A stretch of 64,000 nucleotides of DNA, taken from the NCBI RefSeq assembly GCF_006345805.1, contig NC_043007.1:11842001-11906000 (forward strand). Reading direction: 5' to 3'. This DNA comes from Octopus sinensis. Its lineage: Eukaryota. The position numbers and the translations under genes are program-made. Below, piece by piece: positions 13,727 to 26,676 of the stretch; position 1 is the first letter of the stretch; each line of letters begins with the position of its first letter. A model generated the notes under the pieces. That model saw only the letters and a program-made list of their open reading frames with translations. It was not told the origin of the DNA and ran no database searches.

Positions 13727-13829
13727 TATTGTTATTATTATTATTATTATCTTTATTATTATTATTATCTTTATTATTATCTTTATTATTATTATTATCT
13801 TTATTATTATTATTATCTTTATTATTATC

Positions 13830-13876
<47 letters not shown>

Positions 13877-13877
13877 C

Positions 13878-13927
<50 letters not shown>

Positions 13928-13949
13928 CTTTATTATTATTATTATTATC

Positions 13950-13984
<35 letters not shown>

Positions 13985-13992
13985 CTTTATTA
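13727..13992. repeat. (TTA)n microsatellite with TTATCT interruptions
   Basis: Direct inspection. Confidence 0.9.
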
Positions 13993-13994
13993 TG

Positions 13995-15041
13995 AAGGCA
14001 GCAAACTGGCTGAATCATTAGCATGCTTAACAGTATTCCGTTTGTCCTTACGCTCTGAGTTCAAATTCTGGCGAGGTTGACTTTGCCTTTCATCCTTTCA
14101 GGGTCGATAAAATAAGTACCAGTTGCACACTGGGATCAATGTAATCATCTTAACCCCTCTCCCAAAAGTGCTGGCCTTGCACCAAATTTTGAAACCATTA
14201 TTAATAATAATAATAACAATGATGATGATGATGACAATGATAATGATAATCACCCTTTTTTTACTATTGGCTCAAGGCCTGAAGTTATGTGTGAAGGTTC
14301 TAGTCAGTTACATCAACCCCACTGTTCAATTGGTCTTTATTTTATTAACCCTAAACAGTCAATGATAATAATAACGATAATCCTTTCTACTATAGGCGCA
14401 AAGCCTGAAATTTGGGAGAAAGGGGGCTAGTTGATAACATTAACCTTGATCCCAGTGCCTAACTGGTACCTATTTCATCGACCCCCCAAACGGATGACAA
14501 AGTCAACCAGGCTGTATTTGAACTCAGAATGTAAAAACAGACACAATGTCGCAAGCAGTTCTGCTAGCTTGTCATCTTCAATGACTTCAAATTTTGGTAT
14601 AATGCCGGCAGTCGTTTTAGGGGAGGGTTAAATCAATTTACATTGGTCCTAGTGCTCAACCAGCACCAATTTTATCAACCCTGAAAGGAGGAAAGACAAA
14701 GTAGACCTTAGCAGGATTTGAACTCAGAATATAAAGAGCCTGAAGAAAGGCTGCTAGCACAGACACAATTCTGCCAGCTCACCACCCTAATAGTAATAAT
14801 AATAATAATTATAGTAGTAGTAGTAGTAGTAGTAGTAATCCTTTCTACTAAAGGTAGAAGGCCTGCAGCTTGGAAGGAGCAGGATAGTCAATTACATCGA
14901 CCCCAGTACTCAACTGGTTCTTAATTTATCGACCCCGAATGGATGAAAGGCAAAGTCGAATTTGAACTCAGAATGTCAAGGCAGACGAAATGTTGCTAAG
15001 CATTATGCCTTCTGGGCTAACAATTCTGCCAGCTTGCCTCC

Positions 15042-15088
<47 letters not shown>

Positions 15089-15272
15089 CCTTTCTACTAT
15101 AGGTACAGGGCCTGAAATTGAGGGAGGTGGGGTAATCAATTACATCGACCCTGAAACGATGAAAGGCAAAATCAACCTTGGTAGAATTTGAACCCAGTGC
15201 ATAGCCACAGATGACACGCTGCTAAACATTTCACGCAGTGTGCTAACGAATTTGCCAGCTCACTGCCTTAAT
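13995..15272. mobile_element. cluster of older family B SINE copies in both orientations
   Basis: Repeated ctttcatcctttcagggtcgata / gatgaaaggcaaagtc core separated by TAA repeats. Confidence 0.65.
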
Positions 15273-15414
15273 AATAATGATGATGCTATAATAATAATAA
15301 TAAGAAGAAGAATTATTATTATTATATTATTATTATTATTATTATTATAGTAATAATAATAACGGTAATGGTAATAATGGTAGAGATAATAATGACAATG
15401 ATAATAATAATGTC

Positions 15415-15448
<34 letters not shown>

Positions 15449-16487
15449 CTGATGCATTATGTTGTGTTTGGTTTTATATATTGTACGATCAAGAAAACTT
15501 CTGTGCCTTCTTGCTTAACGCTATTGAGTCAAGTAAGGAATTGCCTGAAGAAGTTAATACAGAATAATTAACTTTTACAATGTTATTATTGATAAACGAT
15601 CCATTTTCACAGCTTTTCACTTTTTTTTTTTTTCTTCTTTCCTTGTCCCTCAACCCGACCCCCCCCCCCCAATCTCTCAACATTTTTCTTGTAAAATCAA
15701 TAAAGAATCTCTCAAGAAAATCTTGAGATTTGGTAAAAAGAAATAGGATGCATTGTTAAATCATTAGCACTTGGCTGATAAAGTAATTGGGTGGGGGTGG
15801 GGGTGGGGCGGGAATGGTGGGGGATGGAGTGGTGGGGGTGGGGTGGAATCCAAATATTCTGTCCTACAATTTTCTTTGAATTCACTAAATCAAGCAACGC
15901 TTCTGCTTCTAAAGACAAAAAAAATGCTGGGGGCGGGGTGGGGGGCGGTGACGATGACTCCTCCCTGTCACACCATCACCTTCCCCCCCCCCCGCTTCCC
16001 ACTGCTATTACCGTTTTCTGGAATTGTACTTTATCATTTTCGCAAAGCCACAAGAGTCATCAAGTTTCTGTTAAAATGATCCAGCCATTGGTCTGATAAT
16101 TACTCAATTTTAATTATTCCAAACCGAATTCTTTGTTGACATTTGCTGTCTCTTTAAATAGATGGAATTAGTTCAGTCTTGATTAATTATTATCATCATA
16201 CATTGGGAACTGGTTTCTTTAATATCTCCTCTTCTCCATCTTATTGCACCCTGATCATAATATCAATTTCAAACTAAAATACATTCCTTTCAGTTTCCTT
16301 TTCTTTTTTCTTTCTTTTTTTACTTTTTTTTTCGAATGATTCCCAATAATTGAAATCTTGGTTTATTTAGTATTTGCTGAGAATGTGTTTTGCACAATTT
16401 CATTTTAAATATTCGGTTAGATCATGAATGATTACATCTAGTCTCTCGAGGATAGGAGCCAAATTCTTTGAACCAGTACAAACCCTT

Positions 16488-16719
16488 TTAACCCTTTCAT
16501 TACCAACACGGCTGAAACCACCTCTGGCTCTGTAGTACAAATGTCTTGTTTTCATAAGTTCTGATTTAAAATCTTCCACCAAACTTTCATCACAAAAATA
16601 TTGTTTCTAACACTAGCTGAATGATAACAAAGATATTTTACAAAATTCTTCATTATATTTAAAATTAATTGAAAGAAACACAGAGCATCTCAAAATAAAT
16701 ACAGTAACAAAAGGGTTAA
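16488..16719. mobile_element. piggyBac-type MITE, copy 2
   Basis: TTAA-CCCTTTCATTACC...AAAAGGG-TTAA; homologous to 5262-5490. Confidence 0.8.
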
Positions 16720-17062
16720 ATAAATCTTAAGATTTTCTTTTTTCAGTGTAGATAACTAGAATGGTTAGGAAGATTTCCAAACAAGAGACACCAAGTTCAT
16801 ATGAAAAAGTTACATTTAAAATTAAGAATAATGGTTTATCTTTTAGTTTCAGTCTTTAGACAATGGCCATAATGGGGCTCTACTTTCAAGAATTTTTAGC
16901 TAGATGAATGGACCCTCATACTTATTTTAAAGCCTGGTACTGATTCTATCAGTCTCTTTGCTTGCTGAACTTACGGGGGCATAAATACACCAACACCAGG
17001 TGTCAAGCAGTAGTGGTGGGGGGTCAAACACAGACACAAATGTACATACACGCATGCACACA

Positions 17063-17093
<31 letters not shown>

Positions 17094-17657
17094 TGATAGG
17101 CTTCTTCGGCTTTCATCTACCAAATCCACTCTCAAGGCTTTTATCAGCCCAAGGCTATAGCAGAAAACACTTGCCCATGGTGCTACACAATGGGACTGAA
17201 CCTGGGACCATATAATTGGGAAACAAAAGACTTACCACAAAAAAACAATTCTGTGAAGATGCTCTACTGGGCTCTCTCCATTCGGTTAGGATACTAAAAT
17301 ATTACATGCAATAATCCCTCGTGATTTGGTCCCTATTTCCAACAGCTGTGTGGAATTAAGTATTCTGTTTAACTATCATCACCACCATCATCATTTTAAT
17401 GGTCCACTTTTCTATACTTGTAAGAGTCAAATGGTATTTATTGAGACAAATCTTCTGTGGTTGGATGCTCTTCCTGTTACCAACCCTTACCTATTTCTGA
17501 ACAAGGTATATTCCCCTGTGACTCAACAGGTTTTGGCAAAAGATAGCAAAAGAACGACACTCATTTGCAACTATCACATGATATCAAGACAAGGACATAC
17601 ATACAGAGTTGCACGCACATGCATATATAAATATATATGTATATCTATATCTCTCTG

Positions 17658-17692
<35 letters not shown>

Positions 17693-17717
17693 GCCTATAT
17701 ATATATCTATATCTATA

Positions 17718-18086
17718 ATTGAAATTTACAGAAAAGCAAAAGATGAAGACAGGTATATAAACAACAAGCAGGTGTATTAGTTTGATGTTCAGGAAGGTGA
17801 GAAAGTCTTTTACATTTTGAGCCTGTGCTCTTCAACAGAAAGGAACATGAGGAAATAAGCAGAGAGAGAATAGAAAAAAAAAGTTTGTGGATTTATGTAT
17901 GTATGCATGAACCCCTCTGTCCGGCATTCGTCATGATAGATCACTAGCCACTAAACCTTTTTCTATTTTCTCTCCCTGTTTATTTCTGTGTTCCTTTCTG
18001 TCGAAGAGCATAGGCTCGAAATGTAAAAGACTTTCTCACTTCCCGAGCGTTAAACTAATACATCTGTTTGTTGTTTACACAAACAG
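17718..18086. mobile_element. head-to-head inverted pair of hammerhead-bearing short elements
   Basis: 17718-17882 is a reverse-complement homologue of 17915-18086; motifs at 17807-17842 (-, CTGTTGA, GAAA decayed) and 17994-18029 (+, CTGTCGA). Confidence 0.65.
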
Positions 18087-18099
18087 ATTTATATATATA

Positions 18100-18141
<42 letters not shown>

Positions 18142-18247
18142 TATATAAAGGAATTTTTTAAGAGACACTCATTATCGCTATGGGCTCCGTGTGAGCAGTC
18201 ATCTAAAAGTTTTTTGTGCATCTTGATGTTGACATAAGTTCCTTGCA

Positions 18248-18328
18248 TTTCCTGATGAGAAAGCGGCATAATATACTCCTTATTCCTTCACAATTAGGAA
18301 TATGCAGCCTTCGAAACATATGTCGAAA
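18248..18328 (+). ncRNA. type I hammerhead ribozyme motif (canonical core) in a Penelope-like pLTR remnant (~18145-18517)
   Basis: TTTC-CTGATGA-GAAAGCGGCATA...TATGCAGCCTTC-GAAA-CATATG-TC-GAAA: stem I TTTC/GAAA, long imperfect stem II, palindromic ACATATGT stem III, GUC triplet (cleavage predicted after 18324). Confidence 0.7.
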
Positions 18329-18515
18329 ATAAAGGAATTTTGTTAATTCGTCATTCAACTCCATTCTTTCATATATTTATATTTAAAAAAAAACATACTA
18401 ATTTCCACACGAAAGCACGTAACTTCAAACGTGTCTTCTCTGATGTGAATTTGCTACCCAGGTATCGGTTAACCGAATTATCCATAACAAGATAATTCAT
18501 TCTACTACTCAAATA

Positions 18516-18555
<40 letters not shown>

Positions 18556-19167
18556 TATGCACACTGAAAAATATCTACAGATTTTTAGAACCTTGGAACA
18601 CTGAAATGATAGTCCAACACTGCCGTGAAATCAATAGAATTTGTATTGTTATTGGTTTAGATGATTGAAAACTAAAACAAAACCAACTAATCTGATACAA
18701 GTTATTTATGTTGCCAAAATCTGTTCAATCAGAGCTAGGAGTATTACTTAATTAGGCTGAGTTCAAATCTTGGCAAGGTCAAATTTATTTTCATTACTTC
18801 AAGGTCGATAAGATAAAATATCAGCCAAGTAGTGGACGTTGATATAACTGAAATTTGTGACCGTATGTAAATGGCTAAAAATCAATAAGTATGTTTATAG
18901 AACTTTTTAGAATAATAACAATAATTTCAAATTTTGGCACAATGCCAGCAATTTCAGAGGAGGAGATAAATCAATTACATCAACTCCAGTGCACAACTGG
19001 TACTTATTTTATCAACCTCAAAGGATGAAAGACAAAGTTTACCTCAGTGGAATTTGAACACAGAACATAAAGTCAAACAAAATGCCTCTAAGCTTTATAC
19101 TAATGATTCTATAAGCTTACTACCTTAAGACTAGCAGCTTTAATAGTAATAGTACATAGTAATAGGT

Positions 19168-19575
19168 GTAGGAGTGGCTGTGTGGTAAGGAGCTTGCTTA
19201 TGAACTACATGGTTCCAGGTTCATCCCCACTGCGTAGCACCTTGGGCAAGTGTCTTCTAATATAGCCTTAGGCCAACCAAAGCCTTGTGAGTGAATTTGG
19301 TAGACGGAAACTGAAAGAAGCCTGTTGTATATATGTATATATATATATATGTATGTGCATGTATATATTTGTGTGTCTGTGTGTGTGTGTGTCCCCCAGC
19401 ATAGCTTGACAACCAATGCTGGTGTGTTTACGTCCCCGTAACTTAGCAGTTTCGCAAGAGAGGCCAATAGAATAAGTACTAGGCTTACAAAGAATAAGTC
19501 CTGTGGTCAATGTGCTCGACTAAAGGCGGTGCTCTAGCATGGCCACAGTTAAATGACTGAAACAAGTAAAAGAGT
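19168..19575 (+). mobile_element. tRNA-derived SINE family A
   Basis: Full-length homology with 26677-27110 and 54785-55198. Confidence 0.8.
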
Positions 19576-21226
19576 ACTACAGAGCCAGAGCCAGTTTCAG
19601 CCGGGTTGGTAATGAAAGGGTTAAAGAAGCCAAACCTACCTAGGTCATGAATCTCAGGTGACCTCCTGTTGTTTTCGAAATACTGCCTTTGGTGGGGATT
19701 GAGCTCTGAACCTTTGAGTGATCTTATGTCGCTGAACCACTGTGTATACCTCTTGGTCACAAAGGCAACCAAAAGAATTTGCGCTGTATCTCTAAATTTG
19801 ATAGAATGTCACTTCTTCTTAGCTGACACGCACAGCTTCCTTCAGTCAAAATTTTATTAAAAGTTAGTTGTTAAAGCTGGCTATATTAAAAGAAGAGCAA
19901 GCTGGCAGAATTATTAACATGCCAGACAAAGTGATCAGCAGCATTTCAGCTATCTTTACATTCTGAGTTTATTTTCCACCAAGGTCAACATTACCTTTCA
20001 TTCTTTCAGGGTCATCATCATCATCATCATTTAATGTCCATTTTCCATGCTAGCATGGGTTGGACGGTTCGACTGGGGTTTGGGAAGCCAGAAGGCTGCA
20101 CCAAGCTACAATCTGATCTGGCAGTGTTTCTACAGCTGGATGCCCTTCCTAACGCCAACCACTCTGTGAGTGTAGTGGGTGCTTTTTACGTGCACAAGTG
20201 CCAGGGGAGACTGGCAACGGCCACGATCAATTGGTGCTTTTTACATGCCACCGGCATGGAAGCCAGTCCAGGCGGCACTGGCATCAGCCACGTTCAGATG
20301 GTGCTTTTTACGTGCCACCGGCACAGGTATCACAACTACAATTTCCATTTGATTTATATTTTGATGTTGATGTACTTGACTCAGTAGGTCCCCTTAAGCA
20401 CAGCAGGTCGCCCTATGATCCAAGATAAGGACAGCAGGCCATCCTGCAATCCAGGGTACTTCGGATGAGCTGGGGCTGCTATGTGAAGCTGGTGTAGGAA
20501 ACAGCCATGAACTCACTTTACCAATTGAGCTCTGGGATCGATTTAATCATCTTACCCAACTCTCTCAAAATTGCTGGCTTAGTGCCAAATTTTGAAACCA
20601 AAATTAAAAGAACTCTGTGTTATGTATTTGATGAAATCAGAACCTTTCTGATCACTCTGTTGTTAAAATATCAGAATTGTTTAATTACATTCATGTCTTA
20701 AATATAGCCGTGTAAATAATTAAAACTACAGCTCGTTCAAACACTTATATTATCATATCATTTCCTCAATGTTGTTGTTCCCTTGTGTTATTTTTAGTTT
20801 ATGGAGCAATAATGTGTCATCTGTCAAGTCTTTAAGACCATTCCATTGACTTCCCTCTCTACTTCACTTACAATCTGCCAATTAACTCAGAATTGAATAA
20901 ATAAATGAAGAAAACCCAACAACACCAACAACTAATAAACATTGTGTCTCCTCTGTGTGTGTGTGTATGTGTGTTTGTGTGTTTGTGTATTGGTGTGGTT
21001 TGTGACAGTGTGTATGATGTATTATGGTCGTGATTGAGTGAGTATATTTGTGGTATTATGGTTGTGTTACATTTGTAGTATTGTGTGTCTGTGTATATGA
21101 ATGAGAGAGAGAGATTGTTTGTAATATATTTCTGGTTGTGTGTTTGTGTGTATTGTGTCATGGTTGTGTATGTGTGTCTGAGAGAGGGAGAGAGAGAGAA
21201 AGAGAGACAGAAACAGTGTGAGAGAA

Positions 21227-21456
21227 AGGCGGCAAGCTGGCAGAGTCGTTAGCATGCCGGGCGAAATGCTTAGCGGTATTTTGTCTGCCGCTACGTTCTG
21301 AGTTCAAATTCTGCCAAGGTCAACTTTGCCTTTCATCCTTTTGGGGTCGATTAAATAAGTACCAGTTACGCACTGGAGTCAATGTAATCGACATAATCCA
21401 TTTGTCTGTCCTTGTTTGTCCCCTCTGTGTTTAGCCCCTTGTGAGTAGTAAAGAAA
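21227..21456 (+). mobile_element. SINE family B (core resembles the Meta/Sauria-SINE central domain)
   Basis: ggcggcaagctggcagagtcgttagca...gcctttcatccttttggggtcgattaaataagtaccag...aaagaaat. Confidence 0.75.
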
Positions 21457-21576
21457 TGTGTATTTGGATTTGGGAATTATTTTGAAGCAATGATCTGAAG
21501 TGATTGATTAAATTAGTTTGAGACAATTTATATAAGTTCTTCCAAAATTACAAAATCTTTTTATATTTATTTCCAG

Positions 21577-21840
21577 GTCAACTGCTACTGATAGTGTCTG
21601 AGCAGGATAATGGTCAGCTGAATCATATCTCTCCTTCGCTCCTCAGCCGTTTGAAGATTCTTCAGAGGCACACGACGAACATATGCAAGGAAGCTATTGA
21701 GTTTGTACGCATGGATGAGGAAACATATTATCAGAAACTGAAGTATCTTGTGGAAAGGCCATGGATGGTTTTCAAGAAGGATAGAAAAGTTTCAGAATCA
21801 CTTCGCTGGAGTCCTGATTATTATAAACGTGGAAAGGAAT
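21577..21840 (+). CDS. C16orf89: UPF0764/C16orf89-like protein, internal exon (phase 1-1)
   Basis: ttccAG acceptor and GTaggt donor; encodes (G)QLLLIVSEQDNG...YYQKLKYLVERPWMVF...RGKE, matching the family region after the N-terminal NLDG..R..E-QL motif as I recall it. Confidence 0.8.
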
Positions 21841-22199
21841 GTAGGTGCAGTCTTTTGTCTATTTTGGTTCTTTAGAATATTATTAATCTGTGTTGTTTGC
21901 TTTTATTAATGTTTGCCTATTGTGTTATGTGGAGTGGAAGCAGGGGCGAAGTTATAGCTGTGATGTGAGATGAAAGTTACAGAAAGAGAGAAAAACACAA
22001 GTAGAATCTAGGTGTTCTGCAGAGCAAAATTTCTCGTTAACAACTGAGAGAAGCCAAAAAAAGAATATGGCTTAAAGATTCTGGTCTTTAGAAAATCTCA
22101 ATCTTGGCACTGCAAAACACTCTCAACCACACGCATCAATACATAGTATGTGTGGTACCACCACTCAAAGTCTCTTTCTCTCTCTTTATATATATAAAT

Positions 22200-22407
22200 G
22201 TGTGTGTGTTATATATATATATATATAGTATATATATATATATTATATATATATATATATATAAAATATATGTATATATATATATATATATAAATATATG
22301 TATATATATATATATATTATATATATATATATATATATAAAATATATGTATATATATATATAATATATATATTATATATATATATATCTATATATATATA
22401 TATAAAA

Positions 22408-22450
<43 letters not shown>

Positions 22451-22466
22451 ATATATGTATATATTA

Positions 22467-22505
<39 letters not shown>

Positions 22506-22566
22506 TGTATATATATATATATGTGTATATATATATATATATTATATATATATATAAATATATATA

Positions 22567-22645
<79 letters not shown>

Positions 22646-22834
22646 GTGTATGTATATATATATAATATATATGTATATATATGTGTATGTATATATATAT
22701 AATATATATGTATATATATATGTGTATGTATATATATATAATATATATGTTTATATATGTGTATGTATATATATATAATATATATGTATATATATATATA
22801 TATAATATATATGTATATATATATACATACATAC

Positions 22835-22865
<31 letters not shown>

Positions 22866-22866
22866 A
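22200..22866. repeat. long (TA)n-rich microsatellite
   Basis: Direct inspection. Confidence 0.95.
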
Positions 22867-23206
22867 ACCCCTCACACACACTCACATACACACACATATT
22901 TCGTTTTCAGAAAGAATCATTCAGATTTTCCCATTCATTTTAATCCTTTCTTAACGTTAGGTGAATTAACTCAAAAAATATTTTCTGTGTAGTGCTTCCC
23001 TTTTTTTTTCCTTTTGTCCTTTCTTGTTTTTTTTTTTTTTTTTTTCCTTTTCATAGGCCTTATTCTTCCTCTTATAGCTTGTGTTTATCGTTTTTTTGAA
23101 ATTTGTATAAAGTTTTACCTCTTTTCAAGAGTTATGACAATGCAGTGCCAAAAAAAAAAAAAAAAACAAAAACAAAATCAAAGTTATCTGACAATCCAAT
23201 ACATGC

Positions 23207-23243
<37 letters not shown>

Positions 23244-23867
23244 GTATATTTTAATTATTGAGAAGAAAAAAATATATAAAAAATTCTTTGTGGCCCTTTA
23301 GAGATTGTCATTCCTAAATGCTGTGTCATTTTAGTTCTCTCTCACTGGCAATGAGTCCACCCCATCTTTTACTAGTATCCAGTACTTCAAAAACTAATGA
23401 CACCAACAAACTTTCTCTCCATAATTCTGTATATATGCAGGCATGGCTGTGTGGTAAGAAGTTTGCTTCTCAACCATGTGGTTTCAGGTTCACATCTACT
23501 GCATGGTGCCTTGGAGCAAGTATCTTCTATTGTGGCTCTGAGCCAACCAAAGAGCCTTTTAAGTAGATTTGCTAGACAGATAGGCAGAACCTGAAAGAAG
23601 CTAATCGTATGAATGAATGCATGTATGTATGCATGTATGTATGCATGTATGTAAGTGTGTATGTATGTATGTATGTATGTATGTAAGTGTGTATGTATGT
23701 ATGTATGTATGTAAGTGTGTATGTATGTAAGTATGTATGTGTGTATGTGTATGTGTGTATGTATGTGTGCATGTATGTATGTATGTATGTCATTATTCAG
23801 TTTATTTCAAGATTTCTTGCCAATAGAGTAAGAACCAGTTTCTAACCTAGATCGAAGGTTCCTTTAT

Positions 23868-23967
23868 TGGAATTTCAACCTCAACAACAGGGTATTTTTG
23901 TATGTATGTATGTATGTACATACATACATACATACAAAAATACCCTGTTGTTGATATTGAAATTCCA
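23868..23967. repeat. near-perfect 100-bp palindrome centred on (TATG)n/(CATA)n
   Basis: tggaatttcaacctcaacaacagggtatttttgtatg...GTAC...catacaaaaataccctgttgttgatattgaaattcca. Confidence 0.85.
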
Positions 23968-24481
23968 GTGCAGATTTGAATGTTTTATGTATGTATTCTC
24001 ATGCATATAGTTGTATGTATGTATATATGTATGTATATATGTATGTATGTATTTATGTATGCATGTGTGTGTGTGCATGTTTGGGTGTTACAGTCTCCTC
24101 CCCTCTTTGGCATTGCATAATATTTATAAATATGTGTTGCTGCCATGCAAGCATTGTCCTTCGTTTCTAATCTTCAGCGACATTTCTAATTATGGGAAAA
24201 CATCACCTTACTTGGAGACAGGTGAGAGTTGGTGACAGGAAGGGCACTATGCCATAGAGAATCTGACTAAACAAAAATCCATCTCACTCATGCAAGCATG
24301 GAAAAATGCTTGTTAACTGATAATGATTGTAGTCACAAAAGCAGAGGGTGTGGAAGTTGTCGGTGAAAGGTCTCTTTATGTAGAAGTCAAGCTGAAGTGA
24401 CAGCAGTAGTAGAGGTGCACAAGGAAGTAATAGAACTCAAGTCCATCCTCGAGTAGAAAAAGGAAACAGAAATTCCACCAA

Positions 24482-24932
24482 TAAGGCGGCGAGCTAGCAG
24501 AATCGTTAGCACGCCGGGTGAAATGCTTAGTGGTATTTCGTCTGCTGCTACGTTCTGAGTTCAAATTCCGCCGAGGTCGACTTTGCCTTTCATCCTTTCA
24601 GGGTCGATTAAATAAGTACCGGTTACACACTGGGGTCGATATAATCGACTTAATCCGTTTGTCTGTCCTTGTTTGTCCCCTCTATGTTTAGCCCCTTGTG
24701 AGCAGTAAAGAAATAAGAAACGCTAGCACGCCGGGCGAAATGCGTAGCCGTATTTCGTCTGTCGTTACGTTCTGAGTTCAAATTCCGCTGAGGTCGATTT
24801 TGCCTTTCATCCTTTCAGGATCGATTAAATAAGTACCGGTTACACACTGGGGTCGATATAATCGACTTAATCCATTTGTCTGTCCTTGTTTGTCCCCTCT
24901 GTGTGTAGCCTCTTGTGGGCAGTAAAGAAATA
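24482..24932 (+). mobile_element. dimeric family B SINE with a single 14-bp TSD
   Basis: Two tandem ~215-bp units; AGAAATTCCACCAA at 24468-24481 and 24933-24946. Confidence 0.85.
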
Positions 24933-26676
24933 AGAAATTCCACCAAAGTTACAGGTATTTTTCTTATCTGGGGAGCTTACAGGTATCATCATCTTCATCA
25001 TCTTTTCACATATGTTTTCCATGCTGGCATGGGTTGGATGGTTTGACAGGAGCTGGTCATTGAGAGAGCTGCACCAGGCTCCTGTCATCTGTTTTGGCAT
25101 GGTTTCTAACAGAGTGTACTGGATGACCTATATGTGGCACTGGCACAGTTACTCTATATGTGACACCAGAATGGGTGTATTCTATGTGGCACTGACACAG
25201 GTGCTTTTTACATAGCAGCTGCACCCACAATCTGACAAGACAAGGACCTCTTGGCTGGGAAAGGGAGTAGGGAGCATAGCCAGAAAAGACATACCTGTAT
25301 GTATGGAAGAGTTGTTTGATCTTTTCCAGTCTGAAGCATGCAAACAAACGTGTATAGTAGTTGGATGAAGGTGACCAAAGTGTTACTTCTGTGGAAAAAC
25401 TGATACCTCAGAGAATTCTTCCCTATTTGAAAGAGGTCAATTGCAGGGCACCTCTCTCAGGGTTGCGATCTGAGATTTTTGGTAGTTGGAGAAGGAACCG
25501 AATATCAGTTAGTATTTTATATTGGTAACGAACCTCGCACTTGTAAAGCATAAAATAGCAGAACAGATTCTTAGTATAAGAAATATTTAATTTTTTTTTT
25601 TTTTTGGCCTGCATGAAGACATGACAGAAGCAAATGATGCTACCTGGTGTGAAGTGTCTCTGTCTCGTCTTCCAGTGAATTTTTTTTTTTTTTTTTTTGA
25701 ATCACAGCAAGGGAATGCTTCATAGGAGTTAGCTTGAGATCTTGAAATAGTTGTCATTTAAGAGGATTTAGGTGAACAAAAAAAAAGAGTGAGATCAACA
25801 AAAATAAAACATTTAATAGGATTTATTCATTCCATTGCAGACAAGCAGGAAAGAAGAAATACACCATCATTATTATTATTATTATTATCATCATCATCAT
25901 CATCATCATTGAAGAGGCTGCGTTGCATTTTCACAGTATAAGTTTTTTTTTACCTGAAAGAGGAGATTTTTTTAGAACGTTTTCGTTGATAATCATGAAG
26001 AGATTTGGATGAAGTTTTCTCTTTTTTTGACAATGTCCTCTGGGTTGTCTTCTCATTTAAATTTTGTGATTTAAAAGAAAAACAAAAACTCAATCCCCTC
26101 TCTTTTAAAAAAAAAATGGATTTCAGCTAAGGAATCATAATGTTCAAAGTGGAATCATGTGAGAGAGAGATGGAGAGAGAAAGAGAGAGAGAGAGAAAGA
26201 TGAAAAAAGAGAGAGAGATGAAGAGGGAAAGAGAGAGAGATGAAGAGGGAAAGAGAGTGATGAAGAGAGAAAGAGAGTGATGAAGAGAGAAAGAGAGAGA
26301 GATGAAGAGAGAAAAAGAGAGAGAGAGATCACAGGCAAGCAGAAGGAGAGAGTTAGTGTCAAGAATGCTAATCAACATTTCTCTTGCAACTGACACAAAG
26401 GCTGTAACAATAGCAACAAAAAAACATTGATATTTAGAGCTGTAGCTAGTTGCAAATATTACACCGGCATCACCCATTAAGTGAAGGAAACTAGCATTAC
26501 CACTTCACAAAATTATCTTTCTTCTGTTCTGAGCCAGTGAACAGTTCAGTCATTCTTCCATGGCAAGGAAGAAATGATCAAGAAATACAAAGGTGACACG
26601 ACTCATCCTAGGGTCATGAGATTTCCAAACCAAGAAAGAGAAATGTGTGCCCATAAAAGAACCACTGGGTTCAAGT

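Noticed and set aside
15545-15575. CTGAAGA followed by the hairpin AGTTAAT/ATTAACT as a hammerhead
   Set aside because: No GAAA, stem III or cleavage triplet follows.
19168-19260. SINE heads as functional tRNA genes
   Set aside because: A/B-box-like motifs run straight into SINE body sequence, with no complete cloverleaf.
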